Source: Myxococcota bacterium | GTDB taxonomy: Bacteria > Myxococcota > XYA12-FULL-58-9 > JALHOP01 | Assembly: GCA_041288095.1 (NCBI GenBank) | Contig: JBGGMJ010000182.1 | Span: forward strand, 861 to 64,860 | Reading direction: 5' to 3' | DNA: 64,000 nt | Part shown: positions 29,706 through 39,015 of the stretch, piece after piece | Position numbering within the stretch: position 1 is the first letter of the stretch | Layout: every line of letters begins with the position of its first letter | Notes under the pieces: model-generated | The model's input: only the letters and a program-made list of their open reading frames with translations | The model's database searches: none | Told to the model about the DNA's origin: nothing | Position numbers and translations under genes: made by a program

Positions 29706-31511
29706 ATGGCTAGTAGTGCACCGACGAGCTCGCCCAACCCCTATGTCTCGACCGGCGGTTCGTTCGTCCACGTCCCGGTCCTGAGCGCCGAGATCTTCAC
29801 GCCCGAGCGTTTCAGCGAGGAGCAGCGCCAATATCGCAAGACCGCGCTCGAGTTTTCGCAAAAAGAGGTCGAGTCGCGCGTCGCGGAGATCGACGCCAAG
29901 AAGCCCGGTGTCATGCCCGAGATCATGAAGAAGGCCGCCGAGCTCGGTCTCTTCATGGTCGAGATCCCCGAGGCCTACGGCGGCCTCGGTCTCGACAAGG
30001 TGACCGGCATGCTGGTCGCCGAGGCGATGGCGCGCGTCGGCTCGTTCGCCGTCACTTACGGCGCGCACACCAACATCGGCACCATGCCGATCGTCTTTTA
30101 CGGGACGCACGAACAGAAGCAGCGCTACTTGCCGAAGCTCGCCAGCGGCGAGTGGATCGGCGCCTATTGCCTCTCCGAGCCCGACAGCGGCAGCGACGCC
30201 TTGGCCGCTAAAACGGTCGCGAAGCTCACGCCCGACGGCAAGCACTACATTCTCAACGGCACCAAGCAGTGGATTACCAACGGTGCCTTCGCGGACGTCT
30301 TCACCATCTTCGGGCAGGTCGACGGCGACAAGTTCACCGCGTTCATCGTCGAGAAGACGTGGAAAGGGGTGTCGCACGGCGCCGAGGAGCACAAGCTCGG
30401 CATTCGTGGCAGCTCCACCACGCAGATCATCCTCGAGGACGTGAAGGTGCCGGTCGAGAACGTGCTCGGCGAAGTCGGCCGCGGCCACAAGATCGCCTTC
30501 AACATCTTGAACATCGGGCGCTGGAAGCTCGGCTCGGGCTCGATCGGCGGCGCCAAATACGCGCTCGGGATCGGCGTGCGCTACGCCAAGGAGCGCAAGC
30601 AGTTCAAGAAGCCCATCGCGTCGTTCGGTCTCATCCGCCAGAAAATCGCCGAGGCCGCGACCCACATCTACGCCGGCGAGGCCATGGCGTACCGCTTGGG
30701 CGGCGTCATCGACGAAAAGATCGGCGAGCTCGACGCGACCGCGGCCGACTACTCCAAGAAGGCCATCAAGATCATCGAGGATTTCACCATCGAGGCGTCG
30801 GTCTTGAAGATCTTCGGCAGCGAAGCCCTCTACAAGATCGCCGACGACATGCTGCAGGTGCATGGCGGCAACGGCTACGCCGAGGACTACCCGGTCGAGC
30901 GCATCCTCCGCGACGCGCGCATCAACCGCATCTTCGAGGGTACCAACGAGATCAACCGTCTCATCATCCCGGCGACGCTCTTCAAACGCGCCCTCGACGG
31001 TCAGATGCCGCTCATGGAGTACACCGCGAGCATCATCGACGAGCTCGGCCGTCCCGACACGTTGCCCAAGCGTCAGCCCGGCCCGCTCGGCGCCGAAGCC
31101 TGGGCCACCGAGCTGGCCAAGCGCGCCGTCGTCTACGCCGCGAGCTACGCGGCGCAGAAGTACATGCAGGACTTGCGCGAGAAGCAGCTGCTCTTGGGTG
31201 CTTTAGCGGACTGCTTGGTCGACATTTACGGCATGGACTCGGTCGTCGGCCGAGCCAACCAGGCGATCCGCGCCGAAGGCGACGCCAAGGGTGAAGCGCA
31301 CCGGCAGCTCGCTTCTCTCTATTGTTTCGAGGCCCGCGCCAACGTCTTCCAGCGGCTGCGCCGCGTTGCCATGATGATGGCCGAGGGTGACGAGCTCGAG
31401 ATGCTCTACGCCAACCTCGAGAAGCTCGATCAGCGTTACCGCGTCGATTACATGCGCCTGCAAGACGGTGTCGCCGAGCGCATGATCGAGGACGACGGCT
31501 ACGCCATCTAG
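29706..31511 (+). CDS. long-type acyl-CoA dehydrogenase (FadE-like, about 600 aa)
   Basis: The ATG at 29706 gives MASSAPTS. ACAD motifs are GAYCLSEPDSGSDA, ITNGAFADVF, and the catalytic-base region YAEDYPVERILRDARINRIFEGTNEI. A C-terminal helical extension is present. Confidence 0.85.
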   Translation: MASSAPTSSPNPYVSTGGSFVHVPVLSAEIFTPERFSEEQRQYRKTALEFSQKEVESRVAEIDAKKPGVMPEIMKKAAELGLFMVEIPEAYGGLGLDKVTGMLVAEAMARVGSFAVTYGAHTNIGTMPIVFYGTHEQKQRYLPKLASGEWIGAYCLSEPDSGSDALAAKTVAKLTPDGKHYILNGTKQWITNGAFADVFTIFGQVDGDKFTAFIVEKTWKGVSHGAEEHKLGIRGSSTTQIILEDVKVPVENVLGEVGRGHKIAFNILNIGRWKLGSGSIGGAKYALGIGVRYAKERKQFKKPIASFGLIRQKIAEAATHIYAGEAMAYRLGGVIDEKIGELDATAADYSKKAIKIIEDFTIEASVLKIFGSEALYKIADDMLQVHGGNGYAEDYPVERILRDARINRIFEGTNEINRLIIPATLFKRALDGQMPLMEYTASIIDELGRPDTLPKRQPGPLGAEAWATELAKRAVVYAASYAAQKYMQDLREKQLLLGALADCLVDIYGMDSVVGRANQAIRAEGDAKGEAHRQLASLYCFEARANVFQRLRRVAMMMAEGDELEMLYANLEKLDQRYRVDYMRLQDGVAERMIEDDGYAI

Positions 31512-31521
31512 CGCTCCACGC

Positions 31522-32151
31522 CTACGGCGTACCGGCAACGACGTCGGCGAACTCCATGCGGCTGCGGAACAGGTGCTGAATGCCGGCTTCGGTCGGCTCA
31601 GGTGATGGATTCAGATGCGGGCTCGTCGCACGGGCGCGCTCGTTGTCTTGCCAAGCGACGTGATGCTCGGGGAGCCTTCGCAAGCTCTCGGCACGTTCGA
31701 GCGCCGCCGACATGCGAAACGCCTGGGCCAGCTCGGCACGAAGTTGTGGCGTCACCGCGAGGTCGCGCATCTCGCCGCGGTTGTCACCATAGCGGATGCG
31801 AACGTCCCCGTTCGCGGCATGCTCGAACTGAATCTGATGTAAGCCGTCGCCGATCGCGCGCATTTCGACGCGGCCTCGGTCCGCGGAATTCGCGACATAG
31901 CCGCCAAAGTCTCGGACGTTGCTGAAGTCGAAGTCGGGTGCGGCCGCGCGCAGGGTCGCAAGGCTCGGCTTGCCTTGCTCCGGCAAGACACCGGGGCGGC
32001 CCCGGACAGGCTGGCTCCGAAAAATGGCCGGCTCATGGGCAGGGTCGCGGACGCCGGGCCGCGCGATCGGGCCATTGTCGGTGCCCACGCCGTTACCGAG
32101 CAGGGGGTCCACGCGAACGCCAGGACGCACGCCGTCAACGGGGCTAGTCAT
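31522..32151 (-). CDS. hypothetical protein (209 aa, Pro/Gly-rich N-terminus)
   Basis: ORF with ordinary residue diversity in its C-terminal two-thirds, convergent with the ACAD gene. No motif recognised. Confidence 0.4.
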   Translation of the reverse strand: MTSPVDGVRPGVRVDPLLGNGVGTDNGPIARPGVRDPAHEPAIFRSQPVRGRPGVLPEQGKPSLATLRAAAPDFDFSNVRDFGGYVANSADRGRVEMRAIGDGLHQIQFEHAANGDVRIRYGDNRGEMRDLAVTPQLRAELAQAFRMSAALERAESLRRLPEHHVAWQDNERARATSPHLNPSPEPTEAGIQHLFRSRMEFADVVAGTP

Positions 32152-32290
32152 ACACGCTCTCCAGTTTCACGCTTCGAGTTGAGTATCGGCGGCCCGGAGT
32201 CTCGAGTTGCCTGAATGTCGTGCCACCCGCGTACATGCCGATGACGGCTGGGAGTTTGCGCTCGTCTCGGAATCCGCCGATGATGCGCCC

Positions 32291-33052
32291 GTGACCCAGG
32301 CCCGCCTGCGTTTTTCCCACGCGATGCTGACTGACGTTGGCCGTGTGCGCCAACGCAACGAGGATATGGCGGACGCCAACCCGAAGAAGGGTATTTACGT
32401 CTTGGCGGACGGTATGGGCGGCCATCCCGCGGGGAACGTGGCGTCCAAGACCGCCGTCGATGCGCTCATCGCTCATCTGGTCGGCAAGGGAACGCGCGAC
32501 CGACCGTCGAAGCTCCGCGAATCCGTCCTCGTGGCGAACCGCGCCGTCTTGCAGCTCGCGGAGACCGATCCGTCGATGCACGGCATGGGCACGACGGTGT
32601 GCGTGCTGTGGGTCTCGCAAGCACGGGCCTATCTCGCGCACATCGGCGACTCACGCATCTACGTGATGCGCGACGGCGAGCTGCACCAGATTACGCGCGA
32701 CCACACCGTCGTGCGTGAGCTCATCGATCGCGGCGAGCTCGCCGAAGGCTCGATGGAGGCGCAGCGCATCGGCCACATCCTCACCCAAGCGGTGGGGCTC
32801 GAGCCACACGTCGAGCCCGACCTCGGCATGATGCCGCCCAAAGCCGGTGACATCTACATGATGTGCAGCGACGGGCTCTCCGATACCGTGCCCGACTCCG
32901 CCATGGCGGACATCATGCGCGAGCACAACGACGTGAAGGCTTGCGCGCACGCCTTGGTTGCCGCGGCGCTCGAGGCCGGCGGCCATGACAACATCACGGT
33001 GCTCATCGTGCGTTGTGAAGCGGCGAAGCCACGCAAGAAGAAGGGCGCGTAG
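32291..33052 (+). CDS. PP2C-family Ser/Thr protein phosphatase
   Basis: LTDVGRVRQRNED, LADGMGGH, HGMGTT, GDSRIY and CSDGLSD...GGHDNITV are the canonical PPM motifs. The likely start is GTG 32291; alternatives are 32207 (track ORF) and ATG 32324. Confidence 0.8.
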   Translation: MTQARLRFSHAMLTDVGRVRQRNEDMADANPKKGIYVLADGMGGHPAGNVASKTAVDALIAHLVGKGTRDRPSKLRESVLVANRAVLQLAETDPSMHGMGTTVCVLWVSQARAYLAHIGDSRIYVMRDGELHQITRDHTVVRELIDRGELAEGSMEAQRIGHILTQAVGLEPHVEPDLGMMPPKAGDIYMMCSDGLSDTVPDSAMADIMREHNDVKACAHALVAAALEAGGHDNITVLIVRCEAAKPRKKKGA

Positions 33053-33053
33053 T

Positions 33054-33869
33054 CTAGCGCGCGATCATCTTGCGCAGCGCCTCGTGAATGCGCTCGCGCA
33101 CGCCCAGGTCGAGCGGCGTGTTGTGCAAAGCCTCGGGGCGGGTGACCAGCGATTTCTTGCCGGCGTAGGCTTCGAACACGAGCTGCTGGTACTTCGGTCG
33201 CACGACCTCGTCTTTGCTCGCGCTCACGAAGAGAGCGGGGCACTTCGTGGCACGCGCGTTGCTGACACTGTCCAGCGTGTCGGGAATCTGACCGGCAACC
33301 TGCTTGGCCATGATCCAGAGGTTCCACCAACCGAACTCGCCCACGATGAGCTCGCGGAGCGCCGGTGGATTGACCAGAATGACGCCGGCGGCGGCGCGGG
33401 TCGCCGAGACGTGCAACGCCGCAGTGGTCCCGAGGCTTGTGCCAATCAGCACGATGGGTTTGCCTCCCGCGACCGACTCTAGATGGTCGAAGGCAATGCC
33501 GGCGGCGCGCGCAACTCCCACGAGTGATGCGGGCCCCGAGCTCATGCCGAAGCCGGGATAGTTCACTGCCCAGAGCTCGATACCGAGATCCGCGTAGGTC
33601 TTACCCTCGCTCGTCACCCAGCGGTCGGCGAGATCGGCGTTTCCATAAAAGCGGAGGGCATATGCTCGCGCGTCCGGGTGCGGCACTTGCCAGAGCTCGA
33701 CGGACGCGTCGGGTTCGCCGACGAGGTGACGCTTCGCGGGGGGCGCGGCGCCCTCACTCGGCTGCGGAAAGATGACGAGCTTGTCGGCGAGGGACACGCA
33801 GGACGGGATGATAGCGCAGAGGGCGACGTAGCCCAGCACTATCGGGCCGCAGCGAAAGATCCAGCGCAT
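33054..33869 (-). CDS. alpha/beta-hydrolase fold protein, membrane-anchored or secreted
   Basis: 271 aa with a hydrophobic N-terminus, the nucleophile elbow GTSLGT, and a late His (PEALHNTP). It is the last gene of a three-gene minus-strand unit. Confidence 0.65.
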   Translation of the reverse strand: MRWIFRCGPIVLGYVALCAIIPSCVSLADKLVIFPQPSEGAAPPAKRHLVGEPDASVELWQVPHPDARAYALRFYGNADLADRWVTSEGKTYADLGIELWAVNYPGFGMSSGPASLVGVARAAGIAFDHLESVAGGKPIVLIGTSLGTTAALHVSATRAAAGVILVNPPALRELIVGEFGWWNLWIMAKQVAGQIPDTLDSVSNARATKCPALFVSASKDEVVRPKYQQLVFEAYAGKKSLVTRPEALHNTPLDLGVRERIHEALRKMIAR

Positions 33870-33910
33870 GGTGCCTTATGCGTCGAGGCAGCGCGGCGGT
33901 GCAACTCGAG

Positions 33911-34852
33911 TCAGGCTTCCGAGAGCTTGTGACGCAGCCATTGCGCTTCGGTGTAGGCCAGCGCCTTGTTGCGCGGCACCGTCCCGTTGAACAAACGCCG
34001 CACCGCGTCGGCGCGGATGGCGTCGCGCTGCGCCGGCTCGAGAGCGTCGATGGCGTTGACCAGCTCGCGGGTGAGCGGCGAGAAGCCGTCTTTCCCGGTC
34101 TCGACGGCGTTGATGGCGTCGATGACGCGGGCATGACGCTGGGCCAGCTCACGGGCGGGCGCGTCGCCGAGTCCCTCGTCCGCCATCGCGGTTTCTAGGA
34201 TGGCCTTCACACCGTCGGTGAAATAGACCTCGCGTCCACGCAGGTTGACGAGTCGCTCCCTGGCGAGCTTGCCGATGACCGACCGCTCGAGTGGACGCTC
34301 GATCGCCGCGTGTCGGAGCTCCACGAAGCCTTGGATGTGATCCTCACCAAGCTCGGCGAGGCGCACGTTCTCCTTGTGACGCAAGAGGAAGCTCTTGAAT
34401 GCGTACCACGCCGAGGTCGCGGAGGCGGCGCCGACCGCGACGGCCATGCCGACCGCATGAGCGACGTCGCTCCCCCAGGAGCTGCTGTGGACGTGATGGA
34501 AGCGCCCGCGGCCAAAGGCTCCCGGGACATAGTCCCCCGGATTCGGAGCGCCGACCGCGTAGTAGGTGCCTGCGGCGAGTAAGCCGATCGTCGCGTAGGC
34601 GGCCGCGCGCTGGATCGGGGAGATATTGATCCAAAACGTCGACGCGTTTTTGCCGAAGGGCCCCGTGGCGCGGTCGAGGATGTCTTTCGCGCGCGTCTCG
34701 ACGGTCTTGATGGCGTCGACGCCGACTTGCATTTGCGCGAGCGTCAGTGGCGGCTTGGTGACGGCCGGCGGCTGCCCGTCCGCGATGGCGAGCGGCATCA
34801 TGGCGTGCTGTTCGCTTACGGCAGTCGCGGTCATGCGTTCGCGAGACATCAT
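33911..34852 (-). CDS. orphan protein, tandem paralogue 1 (central Gly/Ala-rich hydrophobic region)
   Basis: 313 aa, collinear by eye with the upstream 312-aa ORF (LTLAQMQVGVDAIKTVETRAKDILDRATGPFGK vs LTLASMQKAVDNLQSAESRARSILTQATRPFGK). The C-termini ...LFNGTVPRNKALAYT and ...LFDGVRPRNKNIPYT also align. Confidence 0.55.
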   Translation of the reverse strand: MMSRERMTATAVSEQHAMMPLAIADGQPPAVTKPPLTLAQMQVGVDAIKTVETRAKDILDRATGPFGKNASTFWINISPIQRAAAYATIGLLAAGTYYAVGAPNPGDYVPGAFGRGRFHHVHSSSWGSDVAHAVGMAVAVGAASATSAWYAFKSFLLRHKENVRLAELGEDHIQGFVELRHAAIERPLERSVIGKLARERLVNLRGREVYFTDGVKAILETAMADEGLGDAPARELAQRHARVIDAINAVETGKDGFSPLTRELVNAIDALEPAQRDAIRADAVRRLFNGTVPRNKALAYTEAQWLRHKLSEA

Positions 34853-35787
34853 GCTTCGTCACCACTCCCGAGCTTCGCGGCCAGCTTGTGGGCCGTCGTG
34901 TACGGGATGTTCTTGTTGCGCGGGCGGACCCCATCGAAGAGGCGCTCGTGGATGTCCTTGGTGATGGCGCGCTCAACCGGGGGCAAGGCGTCGAGCGCGC
35001 CGAGCAATTCGTTGACGCGCGCCAAGATGTCGCCGCGATTGGTCTCGATGTCGCGTATCGCGGTGATGACCGCGCCGTGCCGGGCCGCCTCTTCACGCGC
35101 GTTCGCGTCGCCGATACCTTCGTCTTGCTTGGCTCTTTCGAGAGTGGCCTTCACCTCGGGCGCGAACCAGACCTCGCGAGTCTTGAGCGCCTCGAGCGTT
35201 TGGCGCGCGACCTTGCCGATCGCTGCCCGCTCTAGCGGACGTTCGGCCGCTTCTTGGCCGAGTTCGACGAAAGGCCGCAGGTGCTTGCCCTCGAGCAGAG
35301 CGTCGGCCATGCGCGTTTTCTCCCGGGCGACGATGCGCTCGATCGCGATTTTCACGCCGACCGTCGCGCTGGCGCCGGCGGCCAGGGCACCGCCAAGGAT
35401 CAGGCCGGCATCTTTGTAGTACCAGCTATCCGCCACCCGATGCGTCCAGCCGTAGTAGTTGCTGTAGGCGTAGGCGGAGCCGGCAGGGAAGTACTTGTAG
35501 GCGATCAAGGCAGCAGCGGTGAGGCCCACCGCGCCGGCGACCGCCAGGGGAGCGGGGCTGTCGGCCAGCCTGGTGAACCACGTCTGGCCATCCTTGCCGA
35601 AGGGGCGGGTGGCTTGCGTCAGGATGCTCCTGGCGCGGCTTTCGGCCGACTGGAGGTTGTCGACCGCCTTTTGCATGGAGGCGAGGGTCAGGGCCGGTTT
35701 GACGACCAGCGGGTTCGTCCCGAGCAAATCGAGCTTGGGAATGGCTTGGGCGTGGTCCACGGGCTGCGTAGCGATCGGCATGTCCAT
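34849..35787 (-). CDS. orphan protein, tandem paralogue 2
   Basis: 312 aa with a 4-nt overlap with paralogue 1 and the same architecture. It is divergent from the BMC-P genes across a 140-bp intergenic region. Confidence 0.55.
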   Translation of the reverse strand: MDMPIATQPVDHAQAIPKLDLLGTNPLVVKPALTLASMQKAVDNLQSAESRARSILTQATRPFGKDGQTWFTRLADSPAPLAVAGAVGLTAAALIAYKYFPAGSAYAYSNYYGWTHRVADSWYYKDAGLILGGALAAGASATVGVKIAIERIVAREKTRMADALLEGKHLRPFVELGQEAAERPLERAAIGKVARQTLEALKTREVWFAPEVKATLERAKQDEGIGDANAREEAARHGAVITAIRDIETNRGDILARVNELLGALDALPPVERAITKDIHERLFDGVRPRNKNIPYTTAHKLAAKLGSGDEA

Positions 35788-35927
35788 CCAATGTCTCGCT
35801 CTTGTTGCCCATTTTTCGTACGCTTGCGGCCGCTGTTGCCCCCATCTCGGGTGACAGGCCGGTCAAGCGAGGCAAGGCGAAACGGCTCCTTGTCGACCCG
35901 GGGCCTGCGTGCTACCTCCTGCGACCG

Positions 35928-36221
35928 ATGTACCTCGGGGTCGTCATCGGTACCGTAGTGGCCGAGCAGAAGGCCGAAGGCCTGAACGGCCGCACCTTCT
36001 TGCTGGTGCAGCCGGTCGACGAGCAACAAACGCCTCTCGGCCCCATGCAGGTTGCCGTGGACACGGTGAAAGCCGGTCCAAAGGACCTCGTCGTCCTGGT
36101 CGGCTCGCGCGAAGCGGCGCTCGCCCTCGACCCGTGGTTCGTCCCGGTCGACGCGGCCATCGTCGGTATCGTCGACGATCTCAATATCGCCGAAGCCAAG
36201 CGGAAGGCGGCCAGCCGCTGA
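35928..36221 (+). CDS. bacterial microcompartment vertex (pentamer) protein, BMC-P, EutN/CcmL family
   Basis: 97 aa from the ATG at 35928. MYLGVVIGTVVAEQK...LLVQPVDE...AVDTVKAGPKDLVVLVGSREA...PVDAAIVGIVDDL follows the EutN/CcmL pattern (N-terminal GxVV, mid AxDxVGAG-like, C-terminal IxGIVD). Confidence 0.8.
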   Translation: MYLGVVIGTVVAEQKAEGLNGRTFLLVQPVDEQQTPLGPMQVAVDTVKAGPKDLVVLVGSREAALALDPWFVPVDAAIVGIVDDLNIAEAKRKAASR

Positions 36222-36490
36222 TGCGAGTTTGTGAAGTCATCGGCAACGTCGTCGCCAGCGCCCATCACCCCGCCTACGATGGCGCCAAGCTCCTCGTCGT
36301 GCAGCCGCTCGATGACGCCGGCAACAAGGTCGGCGCGTCTCTTTTGGCGCTCGATCGCGTCCAAGCTGGTGTCGGCGATCGCGTCCTCATCATGGGCGAA
36401 GGCAACGGTGTCCGCCAACTCATGGGCAAGGACGCCGGGCCGATTCAGGTGCTCGTCGTCGGCATCGTCGATGCCGTGGAGACAGCGTGA
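36221..36490 (+). CDS. bacterial microcompartment vertex protein, BMC-P, EutN/CcmL family (second copy)
   Basis: 89 aa. [16 protein letters not shown]...LLVVQPLDD...[21 protein letters not shown]...VVGIVDAVE. Its ATG overlaps the stop of the first copy (TGATG). Confidence 0.8.
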   Translation: MRVCEVIGNVVASAHHPAYDGAKLLVVQPLDDAGNKVGASLLALDRVQAGVGDRVLIMGEGNGVRQLMGKDAGPIQVLVVGIVDAVETA

Positions 36491-37227
36491 CCATGCATCC
36501 CACTCAGACCCGCCGCGCGCTCGAAGATCAGATCGTCGCTTTCAGCCACCGGCTCCACACCGCCGGCTGGGTCGCGAACCACGACGGCAACATCACGGTG
36601 CGCCTCGCCAGTGATCGCTTTCTCGCGACGCCGACCGGCGTGTCGAAAGCCGCGGTGTGCCGCGATCAGCTCATCGTCGTCGACGGCGCCGGCAAGGTGG
36701 TCAGCGGCTCATCGAAGCCCTTCAGCGAGATCGAGCTCCATCTCTACGTCTACCGCCATCGGTCCGATGTGCGCTCGGTCATGCACGCGCACCCACCGAC
36801 CGCCACTGGCTTCGCGGTCGCCGGCATTCCCATCCTGACGACGATGATGGCCGAGCCGGTGGTGTCGCTCGGCGCCGAGATCCCACTCGTGGCTTACGCG
36901 CGGCCGCGCACGCCGGAGGCCACCGGTAACCTGGCGCACGCCATCGAGGACGCCGACGCCGTGATGCTCGCGAACCACGGTGCTCTCTCGTACGGCCCCG
37001 ATCTCGAGACCGCTTATCTGCGCATGGAGCTCGTCGAGCACCTCGCCAAGATTCAACTCGTCGCCCGCCAAATGGGAGGCGCCCGCGAGATCCCGAGCGG
37101 CGACGTGAACAAGCTGCTCGAGTCGCGCACCAACGCGGGGCTTGGCCGTGCCGGCCGCAATCGCGTACAGAACGACGATCGGACCGTGATCGTTCGCATG
37201 GCCGCCGGAGCGAAAGCCAATGGCTGA
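36487..37227 (+). CDS. class II aldolase/adducin-family protein (L-fuculose-phosphate-aldolase-like)
   Basis: 246 aa with [24 protein letters not shown] (metal-binding His cluster) and [11 protein letters not shown]. Its GTG start overlaps the preceding stop (GTGA); an alternative ATG is at 36493. Confidence 0.8.
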   Translation: MTMHPTQTRRALEDQIVAFSHRLHTAGWVANHDGNITVRLASDRFLATPTGVSKAAVCRDQLIVVDGAGKVVSGSSKPFSEIELHLYVYRHRSDVRSVMHAHPPTATGFAVAGIPILTTMMAEPVVSLGAEIPLVAYARPRTPEATGNLAHAIEDADAVMLANHGALSYGPDLETAYLRMELVEHLAKIQLVARQMGGAREIPSGDVNKLLESRTNAGLGRAGRNRVQNDDRTVIVRMAAGAKANG

Positions 37228-38137
37228 GATGGAGCAACTGGTCGACGAGATCGTCAAGCGCGTGCAGAGCCGTCTCGGCGGTGCGCCGGCACCCAAGCTC
37301 CAGCTCGCCGGTGATCGCTGCGAGACCGGCGTCGGCCCGAATTGCGACACCTGCCGCGGCTGCCACGTGAAGCGCCCCAACGACGTGCGCAACATCGTCG
37401 ACCTGGGCGCCGCCCGCATCGCCGCCGGCATCGGCCACGACAGTCCTCCCTCCGACATCGCGCCGCTCATCGACCACACGCTCCTCAAGGCCGACGCCAC
37501 CAAGGAAGAGCTCAAGAAGCTGTGCGAAGAGGCCAAGAAGTACGGCTTCGCGACCGTCTGCGTGAACCCGACCAACGTCCGCTATTGCGCGGGTCTGCTC
37601 GAGGGCTCCTCCACCAAGGCGATCGCCGTCGTCGGCTTCCCGCTCGGTGCTTCGGTGCCGCAGGCGAAGGCGTTCGAGGCTCGCCAGGCCGTCCGCGATG
37701 GCGCACAAGAGATCGACATGGTCATCAACATCACGGCGCTCAAGGCGAAGGACTACGCCACGGTGCTCGATGACATCTGCGCCGTCGTCGCGGCCTCCGC
37801 GCCCAAGCCGGTGAAGGTGATCCTCGAGACCGCCATGTTGAACACCGAGGAGAAGATCATTGCCTCGTCGCTCTCCAAGGTCGCCGGGGCCGCGTTCGTG
37901 AAGACGTCGACGGGCTTTGGCCCCGGTGGCGCCACCGCCGAAGACGTCGCGCTCATGCGGCGCATCGTCGGGCCGGAGATCGGTGTCAAAGCCTCGGGCG
38001 GCGTGCGTACCACCGAAGACGCGATGAACATGATCGAAGCAGGCGCGAACCGTCTCGGCGCGTCGGCGTCGGTCGGCATCGTCACCGGCACCGCGTCGAA
38101 GAGCGCCGGCAAGGCGAAGCGGGCGGGAGGCTACTGA
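37220..38137 (+). CDS. deoC: deoxyribose-phosphate aldolase with an N-terminal extension of about 75 aa
   Basis: The DERA core runs from about residue 78: [12 protein letters not shown]...GFATVCVNP...VKVILET...FVKTSTGFG (Schiff-base Lys region)...[10 protein letters not shown]. The extension is [19 protein letters not shown]...[15 protein letters not shown]. It overlaps the aldolase gene by 8 nt. Confidence 0.85.
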   Translation: MAEMEQLVDEIVKRVQSRLGGAPAPKLQLAGDRCETGVGPNCDTCRGCHVKRPNDVRNIVDLGAARIAAGIGHDSPPSDIAPLIDHTLLKADATKEELKKLCEEAKKYGFATVCVNPTNVRYCAGLLEGSSTKAIAVVGFPLGASVPQAKAFEARQAVRDGAQEIDMVINITALKAKDYATVLDDICAVVAASAPKPVKVILETAMLNTEEKIIASSLSKVAGAAFVKTSTGFGPGGATAEDVALMRRIVGPEIGVKASGGVRTTEDAMNMIEAGANRLGASASVGIVTGTASKSAGKAKRAGGY

Positions 38138-39015
38138 TGAGGAGCGCCCTCGCGCTCGCCATCGTAGCGCTCGGCGCAGCCTGTACGCCCACCGCTTCTG
38201 GAGGTCCGCAAATGCCGTTCAAAGCGCTGGTCGGTCCCGTCATCGTCGCGCATCGCGGCGGCTCGCTCGAGGCGCCCGAGAACACCATGGCGTCGCTCGA
38301 GCACGGAGTCGCCATCGGCGCCGACTGGCAAGAGCTCGACGTCACGCTCACCAAGGACAACAAGCTCATCGTCATCCACGACGATACGCTCGAGCGGACG
38401 ACCGAGGGCAGCGGCCAGGTCATCACCAAGAACCTCGACGAGCTGCGCAAGCTCCACGCCGGTGACCCCAAGTGGGCCGACTACGTGGTGGAGCGGCTCG
38501 CCAAGATGGGTATCGAGGCGCCGAGCTTTGCCGGGAAATATCCCAACGAGCGCTTGCCGACGCTCGAGGAAGTCCTGCGCATCCCGAACGCTCGCCTCAT
38601 GATCGAGATGAAGGCGCACCCCGATCCGAAGGCGTTGGCGTTCGCGACCGTCGACGCCGTGCACGCGGCCAACATGGGCGGCCGCGTCGTGCTCGCGAGC
38701 TTCGAGGCGCCGTTGCTCTTGCAAGCAAATCTTCGTGACTCGAGCATGCCGCTACTGGGCTTGGCCGAAGACGTGAAGGGCATCGAAGCGATGCTGCGCC
38801 TGCCCATCAGCGTGCTCGGCGTGAGCGTCGAGCTCGCTGACGAAGCACTGCGCCTGACGCCCCAGGGCATCGCCGTCTGGATCTGGACGGTCTACACTCC
38901 GCAGGAGGCCCGCCGCCTCGCCGAGCTCGGCGTCCACGGCATCATCACCGACGCGCCCACCACGGTGCTCGCGGAGATCCGCAAGGAGCCCACCGACTTG
39001 ATGGTCGAACGGTGA
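38137..39015 (+). CDS. glycerophosphodiester phosphodiesterase lipoprotein
   Basis: Its ATG overlaps the deoC stop (ATGA). It has the lipobox LGAAC. GDPD motifs are VIVAHRGGSLEAPENT, ELDVTLTKDNKLIVIHDDTLERTT and MIEMK. Confidence 0.8.
   Translation: MRSALALAIVALGAACTPTASGGPQMPFKALVGPVIVAHRGGSLEAPENTMASLEHGVAIGADWQELDVTLTKDNKLIVIHDDTLERTTEGSGQVITKNLDELRKLHAGDPKWADYVVERLAKMGIEAPSFAGKYPNERLPTLEEVLRIPNARLMIEMKAHPDPKALAFATVDAVHAANMGGRVVLASFEAPLLLQANLRDSSMPLLGLAEDVKGIEAMLRLPISVLGVSVELADEALRLTPQGIAVWIWTVYTPQEARRLAELGVHGIITDAPTTVLAEIRKEPTDLMVER

Noticed and set aside
29574-30863. 429-aa minus-strand ORF
   Set aside because: It is antisense to the acyl-CoA dehydrogenase gene. Its sequence is Asp/Leu/Gly/Arg/Val repetitive with no motif.
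35802-35927. 42-aa N-terminal extension of the first BMC-P ORF
   Set aside because: EutN/CcmL proteins start directly with the M-x-L/I-G/A-x-V-x-G beta-strand. The ATG at 35928 (MYLGVVIG) fits, and the extension would consume the divergent promoter region.
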